Below the pieces are notes generated by a model. It saw only the letters and a program-made list of their open reading frames with translations. It was not told the origin of the DNA and made no database searches. Made by a program: the position numbers and the translations under genes. From Verrucomicrobiaceae bacterium (GTDB lineage: Bacteria > Verrucomicrobiota > Verrucomicrobiia > Verrucomicrobiales > Verrucomicrobiaceae), in assembly GCA_031411695.1 (NCBI GenBank), contig JANOBO010000155.1:827-64826 (forward strand): a DNA stretch of 64,000 nucleotides, read 5' to 3'. Shown here piece by piece: positions 26,844 through 33,807 of the stretch (the stretch's first letter is position 1; each line of letters begins with the position of its first letter).

Positions 26844-28703
26844 ATGCAAACCACAACCCTGCCGACCGACGAACCCGAATCCCTGCACCGCGCGGTGAGC
26901 GAGGCTGTGCGACGGCTGGCAGCGGGCGACATCGTGGCTTTGCCAACAGAGACGGTCTATGGCCTCGCGGCTGACGCGCTGGACGCGGACGCGGTCGCAA
27001 AGGTGTTCGCGGCAAAGGAGCGGCCGTCGTTTGATCCGCTGATCGTGCATGTGCCCACAAAGCAGGCTGTGCATGACGTGGCGGAGATTCCGGAGTCGAT
27101 CAAGAAAGTGGTGATCCAGCTCATTGAGCGCTTCTGGCCGGGGCCGCTCACGATCGTGCTGCCGAAGAAGGCGTGCGTGCCGGACATCGTGACCTCGGGT
27201 CTGCCGACCGTCGCGGTGCGCATGAGCTCGCATCCCGTTTTCAAGCGCATCAGCCAGGCGCTGGGGAAACCCATCGCCGCGCCGAGCGCGAATCGCTTTG
27301 GCTCGATCAGTCCGACATCCGCCTCGGCGGTGCAGGCCGAGCTTGATGGCCGCATCCCGCTGATCATTGATGGCGGCGCATGTTTGCACGGCATCGAATC
27401 AACGATCATCAAGATCGAGCCCGGCGGCACGACTTCAGAAAAAGTGGTGCAACCCGCTGGGTTGCCCTCAGAAAATGTGGGGCAAGCCGCTGGCTTGCCC
27501 GAGTCCGCTGCAACCCAGCGGGTAGCACCACCTTCAAAGCCGCTCATCACCATCCTGCGGCCGGGCCCGATCCTGCCGGACGATCTCAAGCAATATGGCC
27601 GTCTCCAACGCCACCAGAAGCAGCTGACCAACGAGCCGAGCGAGGCACCCGGTCAGCTCGCCTCCCACTACGCGCCGCGCACACCATTGCGGCTGCTCGA
27701 GTCACCGCGAGATTTCATCCCAGAGCCGGGGAAAAAATACGCGCTGCTGAGTTTTTGCGGTGATGCCGACGACGGCTACGTCGATCTCACAGACTGGGTA
27801 CAGGTGATGATCCTCAGCCCCGGCAACGGCAAGCTGCCCGAGGCTGCGGTGCGCTTCTTTTATGCTCTGCGCGAGCTGGACAAATGCGGCGCGGATGAAA
27901 TCATCGCCGAGCCGCTGCATGAGTTTGGCCTCGGCATTGCGATGATGGACCGGCTGCGCCGAGCGGCGAGCAAAGTGGGGCAACCCGCCGGGTTGCCCGA
28001 ATCCACTGCAACCCAGCGGGTTGCACCACTTTCGGCGGACGCGCCGGTTGCACCACCTTTCATTAACCTCTTCACGGATGTCTCGTACTTCGATCCGCGC
28101 GCAGACATCGAAAACGAAGAGCGCAATCTTCCGCACTGGCGTCAGCCCGGCAAAACCTACTTCGTGACCTACCTCTTGGGCGATGCGATCCCGCAGGAAA
28201 AACTGCGCCTGCTTCAGTCCGAGCGGAAGGCGTGGTTCGACTCTCACACGCAGCCTTGGTCGGACGAGGACCGGTTGCTCTATCACCAGCTTTTCTCCGC
28301 GCGCGTCCAAGACTGGCTCGATGCGGGCTACGGCTCATGCGTTTTGCTCGACGAGAAGGCCGCGCAAATTGTCGCGGACTCGCTTCGCCACTTTGATGGC
28401 CAGCGTTACGACCTGCTAGCGTGGGTGGTGATGCCGAATCACGTTCATGCGCTCGTGACGCCCAAAGATGGCTTTCATCTCGACCAAATTTTGCACTCCT
28501 GGAAATCCTTCACTGCGCATGAGATCAGCAAGCGACTCTCGCGCCACGGCCCGCTCTGGCAGCATGAGGGATACGATCACATCGTGCGGAAGCCGGAGGC
28601 GCTTTGGGCTATTGCCAAATATATTGCCGACAATCCGAAGAAAGCTGGCATCAGCACGCGGTTCGTCGAGTCACGAGTCACGCACACGCAGGATGGACGC
28701 TGA
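26844..28703 (+). CDS. tsaC: L-threonylcarbamoyladenylate synthase (Sua5/TsaC, YrdC + Sua5 domains) read through without a stop into a RAYT-like transposase domain
   Basis: The start is taken at MQTTTLPTDEP (ATG 26844, just after the upstream stop at 26836). The YrdC motifs are 'ALPTETVYGLAADA', 'KERPSFDPLIVHV' and 'SANRFGSISPT'. The Sua5 C-domain shows 'PGQLASHYAPRTPL...GLGIAMMDRLRRAAS'. The same frame then continues through REP sequence into the RAYT domain, up to TGA 28701-28703. Confidence 0.85.
   Translation: MQTTTLPTDEPESLHRAVSEAVRRLAAGDIVALPTETVYGLAADALDADAVAKVFAAKERPSFDPLIVHVPTKQAVHDVAEIPESIKKVVIQLIERFWPGPLTIVLPKKACVPDIVTSGLPTVAVRMSSHPVFKRISQALGKPIAAPSANRFGSISPTSASAVQAELDGRIPLIIDGGACLHGIESTIIKIEPGGTTSEKVVQPAGLPSENVGQAAGLPESAATQRVAPPSKPLITILRPGPILPDDLKQYGRLQRHQKQLTNEPSEAPGQLASHYAPRTPLRLLESPRDFIPEPGKKYALLSFCGDADDGYVDLTDWVQVMILSPGNGKLPEAAVRFFYALRELDKCGADEIIAEPLHEFGLGIAMMDRLRRAASKVGQPAGLPESTATQRVAPLSADAPVAPPFINLFTDVSYFDPRADIENEERNLPHWRQPGKTYFVTYLLGDAIPQEKLRLLQSERKAWFDSHTQPWSDEDRLLYHQLFSARVQDWLDAGYGSCVLLDEKAAQIVADSLRHFDGQRYDLLAWVVMPNHVHALVTPKDGFHLDQILHSWKSFTAHEISKRLSRHGPLWQHEGYDHIVRKPEALWAIAKYIADNPKKAGISTRFVESRVTHTQDGR
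27444..27531. repeat. REP family 1 cluster (REPIN-like) inside the sua5 interdomain linker
   Basis: The sequence is GTGGTGCAACCCGCTGGGTTGC ... GTGGGGCAAGCCGCTGGCTTGCCC GAGTCCGCT GCAACCCAGCGGGTAGCACCAC. The outer 22-mers are reverse complements of each other with 1 mismatch. Confidence 0.9.
27975..28058. repeat. REP family 1 doublet plus partial copy at the Sua5/RAYT junction
   Basis: GTGGGGCAACCCGCCGGGTTGCCC GAATCCACT GCAACCCAGCGGGTTGCACCAC lies at 27975-28029. An extra GGTTGCACCAC lies at 28047-28057. Confidence 0.9.
27975..28703 (+). mobile_element. REP-associated tyrosine transposase (RAYT, IS200/Y1 HUH family) domain
   Basis: 'NLPHWRQPGKTYFVTYLLGDAIP', the HUH motif 'LAWVVMPNHVHALVTP' and 'LWQHEGYDHIVRKPEALWAIAKYIADNPKKAGI' are present. 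There is no ATG between the end of Sua5 and the HUH motif. The only canonical in-frame start is the GTG at 27975, inside a REP. REP doublets flank it on both sides. Confidence 0.8.
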
Positions 28704-30384
28704 TCCAAAAGTGGGGCAAGCCTCAGAAAAAGTGGGGCAAGCCGCTGGCCTGCCCGAGTCCACTGCAACCCAGCGGGTAGCACCACATTCGAACTCCCAA
28801 GCCCGCTCCACCGGCGTCGTCTCCATCGCGATCCTTTGCAGCCGCGTGCTCGGACTGGTGCGCGACCAGTTGCTGAACGGCCTCTTTGGTTCCGCGTTCA
28901 CCGGCGTGTTCAGCATGGCGTTTCGCACCCCGAACATGCTGCGCGATCTCTTTGCCGAGGGCGCGCTTTCCACCGCGTTCGTCACCACGTTCTCGAAGAA
29001 GATGAAGACCGAGGGCGACGCTGCGGCTTGGCAGCTCGGGCGCAAAATGCTCTCACTCTCCGTCTGCTTCATGTCCATGGTCGCCCTCGCCGGCGTCGTG
29101 CTCGCGCCATGGATCTTCCGCCTGCTCACACCCGGCTTCTCCGAGGAGCACAAGATCCTCGGCATCTGGCTCGCGCAGATCATGTATCCCTTCATCGCCC
29201 TCGTCTCCGTCACCGCGCTGGTGATGGGCATGCTGAATGCGAAGAAAGTCTTCTTCATCCCCGCCCTCGCCTCCGCGTTCTTCAATCTCGGCTGCATCAT
29301 CGGCGGCGTCACCATCGCATGGGGGATCGATCCCGGCTTCCGCGATGGACATATCACCGAGCGCGGTCTCACCGGCTTCGCCATCGGCACCCTCATCGGC
29401 GGCGTGCTGCAGCTCCTCGTGCAGATCCCGTCGCTGCTGCGTGTCGGCTTCAAATTTGGACTCGACCTCGGATGGAAGGACTCCGGCGTGCGCGACGTGC
29501 TCCGCCTCATGTGGCCCTCGCTCCTCGCCGCCGGCGGCACGCAGATCACCGTGTTCATGAATTCCATCTTCGCCTCCATGACACCCGGCCACGCATCCTC
29601 CGTCGCCTGGCTCGGCAACGCGCAGCGGATGCAGCAGCTCCCGCTCGGCCTCTTCGGCGTCGCCGTCGCCACCGTCACGCTGCCCATGCTCTCTCGTCTC
29701 GCCACCGAGGGCATCACGCCCGCGTTCCGCGCCGCGCTGGCGAAAGGATTGCGCCTCGTGCTCTTCCTCACCCTGCCCTGCGCGCTCGGCCTCTCGCTGC
29801 TCGCGCATGAGATCATCTCCGTCATTTTCGAGCACGGAAAATTTACCGCCGATGACGTGACGCAGACCACCGGCCCGCTCCAGGCCTACGCCTTCGGCCT
29901 TGTCTTTTACTCCGCCGTGAAAGTGCTCCAGCCCGCTTTCTACACCATCGACCGTCGCTTCATCCCCATGATGATCAGCATCGGCATCATCATCTTCAAT
30001 CTCGTCGCAAACTACACGACCGTGATCGTGCTCGGCTGGGATCACAACGCCCTCGCCTGGGCCACCGCCATCGGTCTCGTGCTCAACTTCACCACGCTTT
30101 ACCTCTGCATGAGGAAATTCGCCAGCGGCCTCGAAACACGCACGCTCACTACCGCGCTGCTGCGGCTCGTCATTGCCGTCGCGCTCATGGCCGCCGTCTG
30201 CGTCGCCGCGCGCATGACAATCATGGCCGACTGGTCGCACCTCAGCCTGCTCATGCGCATAGGCACTCTCGGCGTCACCATCGCCGCCTCGGCGGCCGTG
30301 TATTTTTTCGCCACTGCTAAGCTCGGCATCGAGGAGTCGGGCGAGTTCCTGTCATTGCTCGGCAAGCGCTTCGGTCGTAAATAG
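28693..30384 (+). CDS. murJ: Lipid II flippase MurJ
   Basis: 'CSRVLGLVRDQLLNGLFGSAFTGVFSMAFRTPNMLRDLFAEGALSTAFV' is the MurJ N-terminal signature, and the protein has ~14 TM segments. The first usable starts are ATG 28693, GTG 28711 or GTG 28732, all upstream of or inside the REP. The track ORF begins at 28468, inside the RAYT domain. Confidence 0.9.
   Translation: MDADPKVGQASEKVGQAAGLPESTATQRVAPHSNSQARSTGVVSIAILCSRVLGLVRDQLLNGLFGSAFTGVFSMAFRTPNMLRDLFAEGALSTAFVTTFSKKMKTEGDAAAWQLGRKMLSLSVCFMSMVALAGVVLAPWIFRLLTPGFSEEHKILGIWLAQIMYPFIALVSVTALVMGMLNAKKVFFIPALASAFFNLGCIIGGVTIAWGIDPGFRDGHITERGLTGFAIGTLIGGVLQLLVQIPSLLRVGFKFGLDLGWKDSGVRDVLRLMWPSLLAAGGTQITVFMNSIFASMTPGHASSVAWLGNAQRMQQLPLGLFGVAVATVTLPMLSRLATEGITPAFRAALAKGLRLVLFLTLPCALGLSLLAHEIISVIFEHGKFTADDVTQTTGPLQAYAFGLVFYSAVKVLQPAFYTIDRRFIPMMISIGIIIFNLVANYTTVIVLGWDHNALAWATAIGLVLNFTTLYLCMRKFASGLETRTLTTALLRLVIAVALMAAVCVAARMTIMADWSHLSLLMRIGTLGVTIAASAAVYFFATAKLGIEESGEFLSLLGKRFGRK
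28711..28786. repeat. REP family 1 doublet immediately 3' of the RAYT stop, inside the murJ 5' end
   Basis: GTGGGGCAAGCC tcagaaaaa GTGGGGCAAGCCGCTGGCCTGCCC GAGTCCACT GCAACCCAGCGGGTAGCACCAC. Confidence 0.9.
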
Positions 30385-30396
30385 TGCGCGACTTTT

Positions 30397-30996
30397 ATGA
30401 ACCGCCATCGCCCCTGGCTCATCGCACTCACCGCACTCGTTCCGTTGTGGTTGGCCGTCGCCGTCGTGCAGCACCTGACGGACGACGACATCTCATCACC
30501 CGAGGAGACGATTGCCATCCTGGCCGATGCGCCCTGGCTGCACCCAGAAGCAGGGGCGGCATCCATCACGGCACGGGCCGCCCACATCGAGCTGGCGATC
30601 AAGAACATGAACCTGCTGAACTTCGAGCAGCGTCGCGAGGTGCGTGAAACCGGCGCGGACACGCTGAAGCAGTTCTTCGACTCGCTGACGCCGGAGGAGC
30701 GGAAAGTCTATGTGGACCGCACCGTGCAAAAGGCTTTCGACGCGGTGATCAAAGGCTTCAAGGCGATGGCACCCGCCGAGAGAAAAGACATGGTGAACCG
30801 CGTGCGCCGCGGCATCCGCCCAAACCGCACCGGACCCGACGCGCAGAAGATCGCGGATGAAGATCAGAAGATGTTCGACGAGTTCATCGACCTCGGCATC
30901 GAGGACTATCTGAAGAACGCGAGCACCGAAGAGAAGATGAAACTCGCGCCAGCAATCGAAGACATGCAGACACGAATCCGAGGCATTGGCCGGTGA
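30397..30996 (+). CDS. Hypothetical membrane-anchored protein
   Basis: 199 aa with an N-terminal TM segment 'PWLIALTALVPLWLAVAVV', followed by a charged helical region. I recognise no family. Confidence 0.7.
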   Translation: MNRHRPWLIALTALVPLWLAVAVVQHLTDDDISSPEETIAILADAPWLHPEAGAASITARAAHIELAIKNMNLLNFEQRREVRETGADTLKQFFDSLTPEERKVYVDRTVQKAFDAVIKGFKAMAPAERKDMVNRVRRGIRPNRTGPDAQKIADEDQKMFDEFIDLGIEDYLKNASTEEKMKLAPAIEDMQTRIRGIGR

Positions 30997-31000
30997 ACGA

Positions 31001-31058
31001 AAAGGTGGTGCAATCCGCTGCATTGCACTCTTAATGGCAAGCCAGCGGCATTTGCCAC
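31001..31058. repeat. Diverged REP family 1 copy (two hairpins)
   Basis: The sequence is aaaGGTGGTGCAATccgctgCATTGCAC tcttaa TGGCAAgccagcggcaTTTGCCAC. It shares the AAAGGTGGTGCAA leader with the 27444 and 34582 copies. Confidence 0.6.
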
Positions 31059-31160
31059 TTATGGCCCTCATCGATATTCAGCGTTCCCGGTCATGACACC
31101 GAGGGAGCGAAGCGGTCCCAAGGCTAGGAGAATCCATTTGCTGATGAGGAGCGGACGTGA

Positions 31161-31496
31161 TTGCTTCGCATCATGGTTTCAATGGAGGACATCCAGCGCT
31201 ACTGCAATGAGATTGCCGAAGCGTTCAAGCCGCAGAAGATCATCCTCTTCGGCTCTCACGCCTATGGGCGGCCGCACCGTGATTCCGATGTCGATGTGCT
31301 GGTGGTCATGCCTGAACATCGGCGTGCGGGGTATCACACCGTCATCAAGATCCGCGAAAAAGTTCGAGGACGCTTTCCCGTGGACCTTCTCGTGCGTGGC
31401 AGCCGCGACATCGCGCGCCGAGTCGAGGATCGTGAGTCGTTCATCCTCGACATCACAGAGAACGGGAGGGTCATGTATGAGGCGGGCCACGCATGA
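31161..31496 (+). CDS. Nucleotidyltransferase-domain protein (MntA-like antitoxin)
   Basis: 'ILFGSHAYGRPHRDSDVDVLVV' is the GS...D.D minimal nucleotidyltransferase motif. The start is uncertain (31161, 31173 or 31182). Confidence 0.8.
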   Translation: MLRIMVSMEDIQRYCNEIAEAFKPQKIILFGSHAYGRPHRDSDVDVLVVMPEHRRAGYHTVIKIREKVRGRFPVDLLVRGSRDIARRVEDRESFILDITENGRVMYEAGHA

Positions 31497-31857
31497 GTGG
31501 ATCAAAAAGGCGGAGGAGGATTTTCAGGCTGCTCTGGTGCTCTCGCGACAACGGAAGACGCCACTGCGTGACGCTGTCTGCTTTCACTGTCAGCAGAGCG
31601 CCGAGAAGTATCTCAAAGCGAGGCGGGAAGAAGCTGGGGTGCGCATCCCAAAAACACATGACCTTGAAGATTTGCTGAACCTCGCGACTCCTTTTGAGCC
31701 CCTGTGGACGGCGCTCGCACCTCCGCTCCGAAGACTCACGCCTTTTGGCGTGAAAATTCGTTATCCCGGCAATGAGGCCACTGACTCGCAGGTGAAAATG
31801 TCGACGCAGGACGTAAAGGTGGTCCGCAAAGAAGTCCGATTTGCCCTTGGACTCTGA
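31477..31857 (+). CDS. HEPN-domain protein (HepT-like toxin partner)
   Basis: This is the C-terminal 126 aa of track ORF 31093..31857, starting MRRATHEWIKKAEEDF. 'QQSAEKYLKA', 'HDLEDLL' and 'KIRYPG' are typical of PF05168-type HEPN. It overlaps the nucleotidyltransferase gene by 20 nt. Confidence 0.8.
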   Translation: MRRATHEWIKKAEEDFQAALVLSRQRKTPLRDAVCFHCQQSAEKYLKARREEAGVRIPKTHDLEDLLNLATPFEPLWTALAPPLRRLTPFGVKIRYPGNEATDSQVKMSTQDVKVVRKEVRFALGL

Positions 31858-31866
31858 GAATCACCC

Positions 31867-32763
31867 ATGGCCCTCATCGAAGTACAACACCTCACGAAAA
31901 GCTGGCGCAAAGAAAAGCCGGCGCTGGATGACGTTAGTTTTGAGGTCGGGTACGGGCAGATCGTCGGGCTGCTCGGGCACAATGGCGCGGGGAAGAGCAC
32001 GGTGCTCGGCATCACGCTCGGCATGGTGCGGCCCGACGGCGGCGAGGTGCGGATCGGCGGGCACTCGGTGCAGCAGCATCGCGCGCGGGCGCTGCAACAG
32101 ATCGGCGCGATCTTTGAGGCACCGGTGTTCTATGACTACCTGACGGGCTGGCAGAATCTGCGCGTGCTGTGCTCGCTCTCCGGCTATTGGGATGAGAAAG
32201 AGGCGAAGCGCGTGCTGAAGCTGGTGAACCTCCACGACCGCGCGGACAACCAAACCTCCACCTACAGCCACGGCATGAAGCAGCGGCTCGCGCTCGCACA
32301 GGCGCTGCTGCCGCGGCCGAAATGCCTGCTGCTCGACGAGCCGACCGACGGCCTCGACCCCGAGGGCATCCGCGAGTTCCGCGAGTTCGTGATGAAGCTG
32401 CGAACCGACTTCGGCATGACCATCCTGCTAAACTCACACCTTCTCGCCGAGGTCGAGCTCATGTGCGACCGATGCGTGATCCTCAAGGAAGGCCGCAAGA
32501 TCTACGAAGGCCCCGTGCCGTCGAAAGGCGACACGCAGAACCGCTACCAACTGCAGACGGCCGATCTAGAGATTGCGCGCGGCATCGCCGCGCGAGCCGG
32601 GGCCACCATCCACCCGGACAACACGGTGGAGCTGCCTCCCGACATTCTCGGCCACGAGTTCGTAAAGCGTCTGGTCGATGCAGGCGCGCGCGTGGATGGC
32701 TGGCACGCCGAGAAGAAAACCCTCGAGGACTGCTACCTCGAGCTCACCAGCGCCCCGCGATGA
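31867..32763 (+). CDS. ABC transporter ATP-binding protein
   Basis: It has Walker A 'GHNGAGKST', signature 'YSHGMKQR' and Walker B 'CLLLDEPTDGLD'. Confidence 0.93.
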   Translation: MALIEVQHLTKSWRKEKPALDDVSFEVGYGQIVGLLGHNGAGKSTVLGITLGMVRPDGGEVRIGGHSVQQHRARALQQIGAIFEAPVFYDYLTGWQNLRVLCSLSGYWDEKEAKRVLKLVNLHDRADNQTSTYSHGMKQRLALAQALLPRPKCLLLDEPTDGLDPEGIREFREFVMKLRTDFGMTILLNSHLLAEVELMCDRCVILKEGRKIYEGPVPSKGDTQNRYQLQTADLEIARGIAARAGATIHPDNTVELPPDILGHEFVKRLVDAGARVDGWHAEKKTLEDCYLELTSAPR

Positions 32764-33608
32764 AGCTCCTCCTTTGGCAATTTTACGCGGAGTGGCTGAA
32801 ACTGCTGAGGCGGAAGCGCACCTACATCGGGTTCGGCGCGTTCATCGCGATGGAGCTGGTGATCCTCGTGGTATTTCAGAGACAAGGACCGGAGGGGTTT
32901 TATCGGAGGATGATCTCGCGGCAAGGCGGCTTGTTTGAGAACTACTTTTCGGGACTGACCCTTGGCTTCATCGTGCTGGCTTTTTCGGCCGCTCTCCTTG
33001 GCTCCATTTACCTCGCGCTCGTGTCGGGCGACATCGTGGCTAAGGAAAGCGAAGATGGCAATCTACGCCTGCTGCTCGCCAGACCTGTGAGCCGTGTGCG
33101 TCTGCTGGCCGTGAAATATGCCACCTGCTCGTGCTATGCCTGGCTGCTGATCCAGTTCATCGCGTGGTCGGCGTTTCTGCTCGGCGTGAGCGTGCGCGGC
33201 TGGGGCGGAGGGATGTTTGTGTTCGCCCCTGAGCAAGGTCTGGCGGAGTTGTGGGATTGGCACGAGGGTCTGCGGCGGTATGCGCTTTGCTCCGTGTTTC
33301 TCGGCTTGAGCATGACGACGGTCAGCTCGGTGGCTTTCTTTTTCTCCTGCTTCCGCATCAAGCCGGCGGCCGCGACCATCACCGCGCTTTCCTACATGCT
33401 GATCGACACGATCCTCATGCGCACGAATCTGCTGCACAGCTATGAGTATCTGCTCATCACACCGTATCTCGAAACATGGATGCGCATGTTTCTCGATCCG
33501 ATCCCGTGGGCGCTCGTGATGCGGAACTACACCATCATCGGGGCCGTGAACTTGAGCTTGTTTGTGCTGGGCGCGGCTTGGTTTCAGACTCGGGATCTGA
33601 AATCGTGA
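32760..33608 (+). CDS. ABC-2 family permease
   Basis: The start MKLLLWQFYAEWLKLLRRK (ATG 32760) overlaps the ATPase stop (ATGA). There are six hydrophobic segments. The track ORF extends spuriously upstream to 32322. Confidence 0.85.
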   Translation: MKLLLWQFYAEWLKLLRRKRTYIGFGAFIAMELVILVVFQRQGPEGFYRRMISRQGGLFENYFSGLTLGFIVLAFSAALLGSIYLALVSGDIVAKESEDGNLRLLLARPVSRVRLLAVKYATCSCYAWLLIQFIAWSAFLLGVSVRGWGGGMFVFAPEQGLAELWDWHEGLRRYALCSVFLGLSMTTVSSVAFFFSCFRIKPAAATITALSYMLIDTILMRTNLLHSYEYLLITPYLETWMRMFLDPIPWALVMRNYTIIGAVNLSLFVLGAAWFQTRDLKS

Positions 33609-33615
33609 GCGCGTG

Positions 33616-33716
33616 AAAGTAGTCCAGGCACTCCGTGACTGGTGTGATCAGGTCCGCGTAGCATCATAGCTGCTACGAACCGGCTCCAGTCCCGCCGAGC
33701 GGGACTGGACTACTTT
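33616..33716. repeat. Full-length GTAG-type palindromic element (family 2)
   Basis: The sequence is AAAGTAGT-CCAGGCACtccGTGACTGG ... CGTAGCAtcatagcTGCTACG ... CCAGTCCCGCcgaGCGGGACTGG-ACTACTTT. The termini are 12-nt perfect inverted repeats. It is intergenic between the permease and panC. Confidence 0.8.
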
Positions 33717-33807
33717 GCGGAGCGCCAGCGGCCAAAGGCTGGAAGCCTCTTACCCTTGAGCGTCCGGAGTTCGATCCTCCGGTTGCGTTCTTGCGGACGT
33801 TGCTAGG

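Noticed and set aside
33760-33790. The tRNA-like T-arm CCGGAG-TTCGATC-CTCCGG upstream of panC.
   Set aside because: I could not build an acceptor stem, D-arm or anticodon arm from the flanking ~70 nt. At best it is a tRNA 3' remnant.
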